DNA of 64,000 nt from Candidatus Latescibacterota bacterium (GTDB lineage: Bacteria > Latescibacterota > UBA2968 > UBA8231), in contig CBDCSU010000004.1 of NCBI GenBank assembly GCA_965221775.1, forward strand, positions 608,001 to 672,000, written 5' to 3'. Positions 17,916-27,745 of this stretch are shown piece after piece. Numbering within the stretch: position 1 is the stretch's first letter; each line of letters begins with the position of its first letter. A model generated the notes under the pieces. It did not search any database and had not been told where the DNA came from. It worked only from the letters and a program-made list of their open reading frames with translations. Both the position numbers and the translations under genes were made by a program.

Positions 17916-20102
17916 TCATCCGCCCCGGGCGCGCTCGAGCCCTTCGAGAACGATCCCCTTCGTGATCACCTCGGGCAGGACGATCGGCTCGCCAGGGCGC
18001 CCCGCGGGAAAGATGACGTAGAGGGGCACTCCCGAACGTCCGAAGGCGCGCAACATGCGGGTGATCTCGGGGTTCCGGTTTGTCCAGTCCGCCTTCACCA
18101 GGACCACATCCAGCTCCTCGAAGCGGTCCCTCACATCCGGGTCTGACAACACGAGCCGCTCGTTGACCTTGCACGTCCAGCACCACTCGGCGGTGAAGTC
18201 GATGAACAGATGGCGGTCCTGCGTCAGCAACGACTCGAGGCGCTGCACGTCGAACTCCTCCCATCCCTCCGTCTCCAGGGCCGCGCCGCTTGTGGCCGGG
18301 CTCGCGAGAAGAGGGTGGAGGAAGAAGCTGTATCCGCCCAGGGCGATCAGAAGGGAGAAGGCCCACGCGGCCCGTCGGCGGATCGTCGAGGTCCGCAGGT
18401 CGATCCAGGTCCCCACGATCCAGGCCCCCAGGGCCAGGGAGAGAAGGAAGGCGCAGGTCCAGACCACGGCCTCCATCCCCAGTTGCTTGCCCACCACCCA
18501 GAGCAGCCAGAGGACCGTGGCCATGAGCAGGAACCCCATGGCCTGCTTGAAGCGCTCCATCCAGGCGCCTGGGCGAGGCAGAAACCGGATCCACCGAGGC
18601 TGCCAGGCGAGGGCCAGGTAGGGCAGGCAGAGACCGGCGCCGATGGCGGCGAAGACGGCGAAGACCACCGGGGCCGGCTGGCTGAAGGCGAAGCCCAGGG
18701 CGGTCCCCAGAAATGGCGCGGTGCAGGGCGTGGCCAGGACGGTGGCGAGCACGCCGTTGAAGAAGCTGTGACCCAGGCCCTCGCCCTGGGCGGCTGCCCC
18801 CAGAGCGCCGACGCTGCCCGGCAGGCGTACGGTGACGAGGCCGAAGAGGCTCAGGGCCAGAACGAAGACCAGCCCCGTGAGGAAGAGCACGAACCCGGGC
18901 GACTGGAACTGGAATCCCCAGCCGATCTGCTCCCCCCCCGCCTTCAGGGCGGTCACCAGGGCCGCCAGGACCAGGAAGGTCAGCACCACCCCGGCGGAGA
19001 AGGCCAGGCCGAGCTGACGGACGCGGCGGGGTTCCTCTCCTCCCTGGGAGACGAGGGAGAGGGCCTTCAGGGAGATGACCGGCAGCACGCACGGCATCAG
19101 GTTGAGGATCAGCCCCCCGACGATCGCCATCAGCAGGTATCGCCACAGGGACGAGGCGCCGCCGGGCGCGCCGAACTCCGCGTCGAGGAGGTCGATACCG
19201 CTCTCGCGCAGGTCGAACCGGATGGTGCGGAACCGGCCCTCTCCCCCCGCCCCGGGGAAGGCGATGACGCCCGCCAGTTCGCCAGGCAGCGGCTCTCCCG
19301 GGTAGGGCTCGATGCGCAGCTCCGAGCGGGTCCGCTTCGGCCCCTGCTGCACGAGGGCGCCCACATCCAGGCTCGTGTCGCCTCCGGGCAGGGGAAAGAA
19401 GGAAGGAAGCTCGTCCCCCTCGTGAACGGCGGTCACCTCCACCGCCACTCGCAGGGCGCCGCCGTCGGCTTCCACCGTCGGCCGCCAGCTCACGGGGTCG
19501 GCCTCGGACAGGGGCGCCGGCACCCTGGCCCGGTAGCGGTCGAAGAGAGCCGCGTGGGCGGGGGCCGCCTCCCCGGCTTCGAGGTGCAGCGACAGGGTCG
19601 CCCCCCCGGGGATGCAGATCTCCCGGCAGACCAGCCAGCTCACCTCGGCCGTGAACCGCACCGTGTCGGGCAGGACCGCCGGCGTGCGCACGGGAGCCAG
19701 CAGCATCACCTCGTCGGCGTACCCGAAGACGGTCAGGTCCTCCTCCTGGTAGCGGTGCGGCCCCGGCCACCGCAGGGGGGCCACATCGAAGCCCGGCGGG
19801 GTCTGCCAGGCGACCTCGGTGGCCTGGCCGGCGTCCCCGGCCCAGGCCCAGTAGGTGTGCCATCCGGGGTCCTGCTCGAGGAGCACGCCGAGGGTGAAGC
19901 CGCGCCCCGCCTCGACGTTGGTCACGTCGGCGAGCAGCCGGGCGCGGACGGGATCGGGGAACTCGGCCTCGCCCGCCGAGGGACCGAGAGCCGGCAGGAG
20001 CAGCGCGCTCAGGGCCAGGAGCGTGCGCCGCAAGGCTCGACAGGAACCAGCCTGGAACGACAGTCGCACCGTCCCGCGCGGCCCCGAAGTGGAACCCCTC
20101 AT
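17916..20102 (-). CDS. dsbD: Protein-disulfide reductase DsbD-family protein
   Basis: ATG overlaps the aroA stop; N-domain LVCREICIP, TM domain LNLMPCVLP/ATPCTAPF, thioredoxin AEWCWTC. Confidence 0.87.
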   Translation of the reverse strand: MRGSTSGPRGTVRLSFQAGSCRALRRTLLALSALLLPALGPSAGEAEFPDPVRARLLADVTNVEAGRGFTLGVLLEQDPGWHTYWAWAGDAGQATEVAWQTPPGFDVAPLRWPGPHRYQEEDLTVFGYADEVMLLAPVRTPAVLPDTVRFTAEVSWLVCREICIPGGATLSLHLEAGEAAPAHAALFDRYRARVPAPLSEADPVSWRPTVEADGGALRVAVEVTAVHEGDELPSFFPLPGGDTSLDVGALVQQGPKRTRSELRIEPYPGEPLPGELAGVIAFPGAGGEGRFRTIRFDLRESGIDLLDAEFGAPGGASSLWRYLLMAIVGGLILNLMPCVLPVISLKALSLVSQGGEEPRRVRQLGLAFSAGVVLTFLVLAALVTALKAGGEQIGWGFQFQSPGFVLFLTGLVFVLALSLFGLVTVRLPGSVGALGAAAQGEGLGHSFFNGVLATVLATPCTAPFLGTALGFAFSQPAPVVFAVFAAIGAGLCLPYLALAWQPRWIRFLPRPGAWMERFKQAMGFLLMATVLWLLWVVGKQLGMEAVVWTCAFLLSLALGAWIVGTWIDLRTSTIRRRAAWAFSLLIALGGYSFFLHPLLASPATSGAALETEGWEEFDVQRLESLLTQDRHLFIDFTAEWCWTCKVNERLVLSDPDVRDRFEELDVVLVKADWTNRNPEITRMLRAFGRSGVPLYVIFPAGRPGEPIVLPEVITKGIVLEGLERARGG

Positions 20103-21406
20103 CCGGCATCCTCCTCGAGATCGATCCTGGCCCCGAGCCCGATGAGGTCCGGGAAGAACCCGGGGTAGGACTTGCCCACGGTCTGGGCGTCGCGCACGGC
20201 CACGCCTTGGCGGCTGCGCAGTCCCATGATGGCGAGCATCTGCGCCACCCGGTGGTCGTGGTAGGTGCCGGCCTCGTGGCCGCCTTCGTAGCCCTGCGGG
20301 CGGCCGCGCACGACGATCGCCGCCGGCTCCTCGTCGCAGTCGACGCCGAAGCGACGCAACTCGCGCACGGGGACGGATATCCGGTCGCACTCCTTGAGCC
20401 GCAGGTTGCCGATGCCGTGGAACCGGCTCGTGCCCCGGGCGTGGGCGGCCACCGGCAGCATGGCCAGCACGGCATCGGTGGCCTGGTCGCCGTCGAAGTC
20501 GGCCCCGCGCAGCCCGTCGTGGCCCCTCAGGCGGACCCGCCCGCCGTCGTGGGAGATGGCGGCCCCGGCCCGCGCCAGCCAGTCGACGACGGCGCGCTCC
20601 CCCTGGCGGTCCTCGAAGAGGCGCTCCACGGCGATGGAGCCGTTGGTGAGGGCGCCCGCCGCCAGGATCGCCGCCGCCGACGGATAGTCCCCGTTGACGG
20701 AGTACTCGCGCGGCCGGTAGCTCTGCCCGCCGGCGATCCGGAAGCTCAGGAGATCCTCCGCGGCCTGCACCTCGATCCCGGCGCTGCCGAGGACCTCGAG
20801 GGTGGTGCGAACCAGGGGCCTGGAGACGAGCCCGTCGGCGACCTCGATGGCCAGCTCCTGGCCCACCAGGGGCGCCAGGAACAGCAGCGAGCTCAGGAAC
20901 TGGGAACTGCGGGCGCCGCTGACGCGCACGGTGCCGCCGCGCAGGGCGCCTCCCCGAATCGTGGCCGGCAGGCGCCCCCCGGCCGACTCCACGCGGGCCC
21001 CGAGTTGCCCGAGAGCGGCGAACAGCTCGTCGTGGGGCCGCGTCCCCAGGGAGTCGGCGAAGGAGGTCTCGAAACGGACCTCCGGAAGCAGCGCCCCAAC
21101 CCCCATGAGGAGGCGCGAGACGGCGCCGGCGTTGCCCACGTCCAGGACCCCCGGACTGGCGGGACGGGCCCCGAAGCCGCGCACTCGCAGATGACGGCCG
21201 CCGGCGTCCGCCTCCTCGCGGATCGAGGCGCCGAGGAGGCGCAGGCAGCGCACGAGAGCGTCGGCATCCTCCGAGCGGGCGGGATGATGGACGAGGCTCT
21301 CCCCATCGGCCAGGGCCGCCGCCAGCAGGTATCGGGCGGTGTAGTTCTTCGAGGACGGAGGGCTGAGTGTCCCGCTCAGGGACTCCGTGTAGTGGACTCT
21401 CGCCAT
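20099..21406 (-). CDS. aroA: 3-phosphoshikimate 1-carboxyvinyltransferase (EPSP synthase)
   Basis: SSKN, GNAG, SSQFLS, RLKECDR, DHRVA, KSYPGF. Confidence 0.92.
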   Translation of the reverse strand: MARVHYTESLSGTLSPPSSKNYTARYLLAAALADGESLVHHPARSEDADALVRCLRLLGASIREEADAGGRHLRVRGFGARPASPGVLDVGNAGAVSRLLMGVGALLPEVRFETSFADSLGTRPHDELFAALGQLGARVESAGGRLPATIRGGALRGGTVRVSGARSSQFLSSLLFLAPLVGQELAIEVADGLVSRPLVRTTLEVLGSAGIEVQAAEDLLSFRIAGGQSYRPREYSVNGDYPSAAAILAAGALTNGSIAVERLFEDRQGERAVVDWLARAGAAISHDGGRVRLRGHDGLRGADFDGDQATDAVLAMLPVAAHARGTSRFHGIGNLRLKECDRISVPVRELRRFGVDCDEEPAAIVVRGRPQGYEGGHEAGTYHDHRVAQMLAIMGLRSRQGVAVRDAQTVGKSYPGFFPDLIGLGARIDLEEDAG

Positions 21407-21413
21407 CAAGGGA

Positions 21414-22439
21414 TCAGAAGGCTCCCGTCCGCGACTCGTAGCGCGTCGGCTTGCCGAGGCTGGCGCCGCCGATACGAACCCAGTGCGCCATCCACTCGAC
21501 GACCGTGTCGATGGGGGTGCCGGGAGGTCCCAGCCGCTCCCTGAGGGCGGAGCTGTCGCCGAGGAGAGCGGTCTCGCCCTCGTGGCCCACGAACCGCGGC
21601 TCCCGGCGGAGAAGCTCGCCGAAGCGCTGCGCCAGGCGGCGCACGGAGAGCACCTCGGAGCCGGTCAGGTTGAGCGTCGTCGGCGGATTCGTGCACAAGG
21701 GAAGGGAGCGGGCCAGGTAGGCGTTGGCGTCTCCCTGCCAGATCTGGTTCACGTGTCCCATCTCCAGCTCCACCGGCTCCCCGGACCACACCTTCCAGGC
21801 GATGTCGTGGAGGATGCCGTAACGCAGTTCGGTCGCATAGAACAGACGCGCCGTGAACAGACGGGCTCCCGAGGTCCGCGCCGCGTGCTCGGCGAGTCTC
21901 TCCCCGCCGAGGCGGGACTGGGCGTACTCCCCCACCGGACCCGTCGCGTCCGACTCGGCGGCCCCGCGGCCGTCGACGGAGGAGAAGGCGTAGACGTTCC
22001 CCGAACTGACGTAGCAGATCTCGGCATCGCCGTAGCGCTCGACGGCGCGGGCGGGCAGGAGCCCGTTCACCGCCCAGGTCGCGCAGGGATCCCCCTGGGC
22101 ACCGAACTTGAAGCCCGCCAGGAGGAAGACGTGGGCCGCCTCCGGAAGAGAGGCCAGGGAGCCGCCGTCGAGCAGGTCGGCGCGGAGGGTGGTGACGCCG
22201 ATCTCGTCGAGGCGGGCGCGGGCGGCAGGGTCCGAGAAGCGGGCCACGCCGATGACCCGGCGGCCCCCTTCGGCGGCCCCGGCGCGCACCAGGAGCTCCG
22301 CCAGGGAGGGGCCCATCTTGCCTCCCACGCCGAGAAGGACCACGTCGCCGCGGTACTTCGAGACGGCGTCGCGCACGGCGGGCGTGGGCCGGGTCATGAC
22401 CTCGAGCAGCTCTTCCTCGGTCCGGGGCGGATGCGCCAT
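21414..22439 (-). CDS. NAD-dependent epimerase/dehydratase family protein
   Basis: LGVGGKMG, SSGNVY, GEYAQSRLG. Confidence 0.8.
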   Translation of the reverse strand: MAHPPRTEEELLEVMTRPTPAVRDAVSKYRGDVVLLGVGGKMGPSLAELLVRAGAAEGGRRVIGVARFSDPAARARLDEIGVTTLRADLLDGGSLASLPEAAHVFLLAGFKFGAQGDPCATWAVNGLLPARAVERYGDAEICYVSSGNVYAFSSVDGRGAAESDATGPVGEYAQSRLGGERLAEHAARTSGARLFTARLFYATELRYGILHDIAWKVWSGEPVELEMGHVNQIWQGDANAYLARSLPLCTNPPTTLNLTGSEVLSVRRLAQRFGELLRREPRFVGHEGETALLGDSSALRERLGPPGTPIDTVVEWMAHWVRIGGASLGKPTRYESRTGAF

Positions 22440-22522
22440 CCCCTTGCAGCCCTTTGCGTTGTGAGTCTCCTGGGAGGCCTCTATCTTACGGCCCGCCGCC
22501 GATGCGGTCGAGTGACTCCCCC

Positions 22523-24793
22523 ATGTCGGATGCCCAGCGAAAGCCGCCTTCGCGCAAGTCCCTCGATCTCTTCGAGGCCGGCCGGCGCGACGCCCTCGAG
22601 CGCGACCAGCCGCTGGCGGCGCGCCTGCGGCCGCGCACCCTCGACGAGTTCGTCGGCCAGGACCACATCCTGGGTCCCGGCCGCCTCCTGAGGCGCGCCA
22701 TCCAGGCCGATCAGCTATCCTCCCTGATCTTCCATGGCCCGCCGGGGACCGGCAAGACGACGCTGGCCGCGGTCATCGCCAACACGACCAAGTCCCACTT
22801 CATCTCCATCAACGCCGTCCTCTCCGGGGTCGCCGACATCCGCAGCGCCGTGGAGGAGGCCCAGGAGCGGCGCCAGCTCCACGGCCACCGGACGACCTTG
22901 TTCATCGACGAGGTCCACCGCTTCAACAAGGCCCAGCAGGACGCGCTGCTGCCCTGGGTCGAGAACGGCACGGTGGTGCTCATCGGCGCGACGACGGAGA
23001 ACCCCTACTTCTCGGTCAACCGGCCCCTGGTGTCGCGCAGCCGCCTCTTCCAGTTGCGCGAGCTCGAGTCCGGCGACCTCCACCGCATCGCCCGCCAGGC
23101 CCTGCAGGATCCCCGGGGCTACGCCGACCTGCGGGTCGACCTCCACGAGGACGCGGTCGCCCATCTGGTCGATGTCTGCAGCGGCGACGCCCGGGCCCTG
23201 CTCAACGCCCTCGAGCTGGCGGTGGAGACGACGCCCCGGGATGCGGAAGGGGTGGTCCACGTCGACCTGGCCGTGGCCGAAGAGTCGATCCAGCGGCGCG
23301 CCGTCCTCTACGACAAGGAGGGCGACTACCACTTCGACACGATCTCCGCCCTCATCAAGTCCCTGCGCGGGTCCGACCCCGACGCCGCCGTGTACTGGCT
23401 GGCGCGCATGGTCTACGCCGGGGAGGACCCCCACTTCCTGTTCCGGCGCATGCTGATCTTCGCCAGCGAGGACGTGGGCCTGGCCGACCCCGAAGCCCTG
23501 GGGGTGGTCACCGCCGCGGCGGAGGCCTTCGACCGGGTCGGCCTGCCCGAGGGGCGGTTCCATCTCGCCCACGCCGCCCTCTACCTGGCCACGGCGCCGA
23601 AGAGCAACTCCACCTTCGCCTTCTTCGACGCTCTCGCCGCCGTCGAGGCGGAGGGCGACGGAGAGGTGCCGAATCCGCTCAAGGACGCCAGCCGGGACGC
23701 CGAGGGGCTCGGCCACGGGGCCGGTTACCTCTATCCCCACGCCTACCGCGACCACTGGGTGGCGCAGCAGTACCTGCCCGACAGCCTCCATGGACGCCTG
23801 TTCTACCAGCCTTCGGACCAGGGCCGGGAGCGCGACCTCGGGGACCGTGTCCGGCGGCGCCGGGAGCTGCAGCTGGCCGCGGCGGCCGAGGCCGGCACCG
23901 GCGGCGTCGACCCCCTCACCCACTCCCCCGAGGACCGGTCCCGCGACCAGTGGCTGGTGCGCGCCGGCGGCGAGGTGAGCGCCCAGCTCGACCATGTGCG
24001 GCAGCGGCTCTTCGCCTCGGTGAAGCTCGCCCGCCACCACGTCGTCCTCGACCTGGACGCGGCCTCGGGGCTGCTCACCTGGGAGGCCCTGCGCCGCGTC
24101 CCCGAGGGCGGCGTCTGGTCCCTGTGCACGGACCGCACCTCGGCCGTCGCCCTGCGGGAGATGGCCAGCCTTTCCCTCGACGAGCTGACCCGCCCCGTGG
24201 TCCTGGAGGGGCCCGTCACCCGGGCGGCGGAGCTGGTGAGGCTGCAGGACGAGGGCCTGCGCTTCGACGCCGTCCTCGGGCGCAACACCCTCGGCAGCGT
24301 GAGGGGCCGGGAGAAGGCGGCGCGGCGGATCGTGGAGCTCCTCGCTCCGGGAGCCGTCCTCAGCCTCGCGGAGACGGTCCCCCGGCTCGGCCAGCGGCTG
24401 ACGGCCCTGGTGCCGGTGGCCGAGCTGGGCGAGGACCTGGCCGAGCGGCTGCACCGCGCCGAGGAAGAGATCTATCGGGACGAGGACAACCCGCGCGTGG
24501 CCTGGGCACCGGCCGACCTGGAGCCCCTGTGGTCGGAGGCCGGCCTGACCTCGGTGCGGGTCGAGACCGAGGTCCTGACCGCCTCCCGGCGGCTCGGCAG
24601 CCGGGAGCTGGGAAGGTGGTTCAGCCCCGGAGGCGAGAAGCACGGCACCTTCGCCGCCTACCTGCGCCGGCACCTCTGCGAGGACGAGGTCCGCCAGGTG
24701 CGGCGACTCTTCGAGGGCAGGCTGACGAACCGGGAGGTCGACTGGTCGACGACCTACGCCTACGTAAGCGGCCGGGCGGCCGGTGGGGCCTGA
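22523..24793 (+). CDS. rarA: Replication-associated recombination protein RarA/MgsA with C-terminal methyltransferase-like extension
   Basis: PLAARLRP, GPPGTGKT, IDEVHRF, ATTENP, SEDVGLAD, YLYPH; promoter-like TTGTGA-17-TATCTT at 22459-22487; start could be 22502. Confidence 0.88.
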   Translation: MSDAQRKPPSRKSLDLFEAGRRDALERDQPLAARLRPRTLDEFVGQDHILGPGRLLRRAIQADQLSSLIFHGPPGTGKTTLAAVIANTTKSHFISINAVLSGVADIRSAVEEAQERRQLHGHRTTLFIDEVHRFNKAQQDALLPWVENGTVVLIGATTENPYFSVNRPLVSRSRLFQLRELESGDLHRIARQALQDPRGYADLRVDLHEDAVAHLVDVCSGDARALLNALELAVETTPRDAEGVVHVDLAVAEESIQRRAVLYDKEGDYHFDTISALIKSLRGSDPDAAVYWLARMVYAGEDPHFLFRRMLIFASEDVGLADPEALGVVTAAAEAFDRVGLPEGRFHLAHAALYLATAPKSNSTFAFFDALAAVEAEGDGEVPNPLKDASRDAEGLGHGAGYLYPHAYRDHWVAQQYLPDSLHGRLFYQPSDQGRERDLGDRVRRRRELQLAAAAEAGTGGVDPLTHSPEDRSRDQWLVRAGGEVSAQLDHVRQRLFASVKLARHHVVLDLDAASGLLTWEALRRVPEGGVWSLCTDRTSAVALREMASLSLDELTRPVVLEGPVTRAAELVRLQDEGLRFDAVLGRNTLGSVRGREKAARRIVELLAPGAVLSLAETVPRLGQRLTALVPVAELGEDLAERLHRAEEEIYRDEDNPRVAWAPADLEPLWSEAGLTSVRVETEVLTASRRLGSRELGRWFSPGGEKHGTFAAYLRRHLCEDEVRQVRRLFEGRLTNREVDWSTTYAYVSGRAAGGA

Positions 24794-24815
24794 ATCGAGG
24801 CCGGTGGACCCGGCC

Positions 24816-25391
24816 TCAGCCGCCCGCCGGCGCCCGGTCGATGAGGGCACCGGCCGCCTGGCGCAGGCCGTCGAAGCGACGCAGCAGGTCCGCCGGACCG
24901 ACCCCCTGCTGGTCGAAGAACTCCCGGAAGTGATGGGGCAGCACCGGCAGCACCTGCTCCAGCAGTGAATAGAGGAGCGGGGCGGTGCGGGTCCCGGCCA
25001 GCCAGCCCGGACCCTCCGGCAGATAGCGGCCCACGAGCAGCACCAGCACCATCAGCACCTGGACCCCGACGAGCGCTCCCAGGAGGGCGCCGAGGACCCG
25101 GTCGACCACGCCCAGGAGCATGGCGTAGACCACGCTCCTCAGGACCCGGGCCAGGAGGTTGACCGAGAGCGCCACGGCCACGAAGACGACCGTGAAGGCG
25201 GCTGCCAGCCGCAGGACGGGGTGCCCGAAGGAAGGCATCATCGCCGCCGCGGCGCTGTGCAGGTAGAGGCCGCCGAGGAGGCCCAGCGAGACCGCCAGCA
25301 GGGCCGAGACCTGCTGGATCAGGCCCCGGCCGTAGCCGCGCACGGCCAGGGCGATCACCAGGACCGCGGCGATTCCGTCGCACCAGTGCAT
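24816..25391 (-). CDS. cvpA: CvpA (colicin V production) family membrane protein
   Basis: RGYGRGLI and VDRVLGALLG motifs; about 4 hydrophobic segments. Confidence 0.85.
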   Translation of the reverse strand: MHWCDGIAAVLVIALAVRGYGRGLIQQVSALLAVSLGLLGGLYLHSAAAAMMPSFGHPVLRLAAAFTVVFVAVALSVNLLARVLRSVVYAMLLGVVDRVLGALLGALVGVQVLMVLVLLVGRYLPEGPGWLAGTRTAPLLYSLLEQVLPVLPHHFREFFDQQGVGPADLLRRFDGLRQAAGALIDRAPAGG

Positions 25392-25467
25392 CTATATGGA
25401 ACGGCCTCCGGCGGGGGCTGCGTGGGAGGTTGCCACCTTCGGCGGGGGCGCAATAGATTAGCCGCCC

Positions 25468-26736
25468 ATGCCGGTTCACCGCGACAAGGTACGCTGCAAG
25501 GTGCGCCTTCCCCATTCCCCGGGCCCGAAGTCGTGGAGCCGCGGTCTGTTCTGGCTGCTCCCCCTCGCCTTGTGCGCCTGCTCGACGACGGAGGAGCAGG
25601 TGCGGCGGCACATCGAGATCACCGCCGCCAACGAAGTCCACTCCGAGCGCTGGGCCGCGGCCGTGGACGAGCTCGCTGCCATCGGACGCCCCGCCGCGCG
25701 CCAGCTCCTGGCTCTCCTCGACCCCGCCCAGTACCGCGGGGTCGACTACCGCGAGTTCCGCGACGAGATCGAGAACACGCGCACCGCCGCCGCCGTGGTG
25801 CTGGGCCGCATCCGGCACCGGGCGGCCTCGGCCAGCATGCACGCCCGCATCACCACCGCCTACCGCCACAACGAGCGCATCGCCTGCCTCCGGGGGGTCG
25901 GCGACCTGGGCTTCACCGAGGCGGCGGTGAAGGATCTCCGGGCCCAGCTCGCCGATGCCGACCCCGTCATCCGGCTGCTGGCCGCCATCTCCCTGGTCAA
26001 GCTCGGCGAGCTGGCGGCGCGCGACACGATCACCGCCGCCGTCGTCGAAGGCGGCGACGAGCTCGCGGAGATGGCGATCACGGAGCTGGAGGGCGCGAAC
26101 TACCACGGGGTCCCCGTCCTCGTCGATCTCCTTTCGCGGCAGGAGCACCGCCGGGAGCGCCTCGGCCAGGCCCTGGAGAAGGTCCGTGAGCAACTGGTGC
26201 GGCAACTCGAGGCCGACGACCCCGAGGTGCGCCGGGAGTCGGCGGCCGGTCTCGGCGAGATCGCCGATCCCAGGGTCGTCGAAGCCCTGGTGGGCATGCT
26301 CGCCGATCCGAGCAACCTGGTACGCTTCAACGCCGCCGCCTCCCTGGTCCGCCTCGGCGACCGGCGCGGCACCGAGTTCCTCTTCGGCGCCCTGGACGAT
26401 ACCGACGCCGTCCTGCGCCTGAACGCGATCAAGTCCCTGGTCCGCCTGCAGCAGTTGTCCGGACAGGTCGAGGACCGGCTCCTCGAGTGCCTGCGCTCGG
26501 ACAGCGCCCGGCTGCGTTCGGGGGCGGCGCAGATCCTCGGCCGGGCCGAGGTCGCCTCGGCCGTGGAGGACCTGCTCTCGACGGCGGACGACGCCGACCC
26601 CGAGGTGCGCTGCAACGTGGCTATCGCCCTGGGCCACATCGGCGCTCCGTCGAGCCGCGCGACCCTTGAACAGCTCGTGGGCGACCCCGATGAGACCGTC
26701 GCCTACTACGCCGGGTGGGCCCTGGAGCAGTTGTGA
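25468..26736 (+). CDS. HEAT-repeat protein, probable lipoprotein
   Basis: Repeated D-D-P-x-V-R-x-x-A-A-x-x-L-G units; LALCAC lipobox; start may be GTG 25501. Confidence 0.8.
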   Translation: MPVHRDKVRCKVRLPHSPGPKSWSRGLFWLLPLALCACSTTEEQVRRHIEITAANEVHSERWAAAVDELAAIGRPAARQLLALLDPAQYRGVDYREFRDEIENTRTAAAVVLGRIRHRAASASMHARITTAYRHNERIACLRGVGDLGFTEAAVKDLRAQLADADPVIRLLAAISLVKLGELAARDTITAAVVEGGDELAEMAITELEGANYHGVPVLVDLLSRQEHRRERLGQALEKVREQLVRQLEADDPEVRRESAAGLGEIADPRVVEALVGMLADPSNLVRFNAAASLVRLGDRRGTEFLFGALDDTDAVLRLNAIKSLVRLQQLSGQVEDRLLECLRSDSARLRSGAAQILGRAEVASAVEDLLSTADDADPEVRCNVAIALGHIGAPSSRATLEQLVGDPDETVAYYAGWALEQL

Positions 26737-27710
26737 TGGGAGGGCGCTTGCGCAACCTCTTCCTGCTGTCTTCGGCGGCCGCCCTCGTTTTCTCGTCAAC
26801 GGTTCTCGTGGCTCCCCTCGCCGCCTCGGAGACGGCGGAGACGGTGCTCATCCGCCAGATCCTGGAGAAGGACCGCTTCGGACGCCGCCGGGGAGACGCG
26901 GAGGTCGTCACCTACGGGTACGACAAGGACCGCTTCGTCGTCTACGACGGCGCCGGATCGATCGATGTCCGCGCCTGGACCGTCCGCCACTCCTCCCTGG
27001 AGGAGTACCAGGCCTCCCTCGAAGCCGACCTGGCGGCGAACCGGTACGACATCTCCCGCGCCGTCCTGTTCCTCACTGTCTGGAAGAACCGGGCTTTCGC
27101 CGCCACCCTCGACTCCGGCGTGGTCATCGACCGCGCCGGCGACAGCCGCCGCGGCTTCGTGCAACGCGCCATGTGGTCCTTCCTCAAGGAGGACGAGGAG
27201 TGGAAGGCCACCAGCCTCGTCATCGCCGTCGGAGACACGGCCGACGGAGGCGCCGCCGGCCGCGTGGAGGACCAGGAGGTCGCCGCCGCCCTGCAGGAGG
27301 ACGCCCGCAACTGGTCCGAGGGGAGCAAGGGCGACATTCTGAGCGGGGTGCAGGAGGACTTCGTCGGCAACGACTGCTACTACAGCTCGAATCCGGCCTC
27401 CTGGCTGACCGTCTTCGCCGGCCGCGAGGAGTTCGGCAAATGGCTGGAGCAGCGCCTCGAGCACGTCGACTACGACATCGAGCGCACCCTGCTCCACGCC
27501 GTCAGCCGGGGGGACGAAGCCGTGGCCGTCACCCGAGACCGGATCACGGTGACCTACACGGCCGGGGACGCACGCCTGGAGCAGGACCGCACCTCGGCCT
27601 GGCTGCTGACGCGGCGCGGCGGACGCTGGCGGGTCACCTGCGCGTGGTGGAAAGCCAAGTCCTTCGATCCGCCCGGAGCCCCGGAGGGCGCCCCCACCGC
27701 CCAGCGCTGA
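26736..27710 (+). CDS. Secreted protein with two tandem NTF2/SnoaL-like domains
   Basis: ATG overlaps the upstream TGA; signal peptide; internal repeat YDISRAVL/YDIERTLL and W..L....W strands. Confidence 0.65.
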   Translation: MGGRLRNLFLLSSAAALVFSSTVLVAPLAASETAETVLIRQILEKDRFGRRRGDAEVVTYGYDKDRFVVYDGAGSIDVRAWTVRHSSLEEYQASLEADLAANRYDISRAVLFLTVWKNRAFAATLDSGVVIDRAGDSRRGFVQRAMWSFLKEDEEWKATSLVIAVGDTADGGAAGRVEDQEVAAALQEDARNWSEGSKGDILSGVQEDFVGNDCYYSSNPASWLTVFAGREEFGKWLEQRLEHVDYDIERTLLHAVSRGDEAVAVTRDRITVTYTAGDARLEQDRTSAWLLTRRGGRWRVTCAWWKAKSFDPPGAPEGAPTAQR

Positions 27711-27745
27711 CCCGCCTTTCCCGGACCTACGCTACCCGGGAACCC

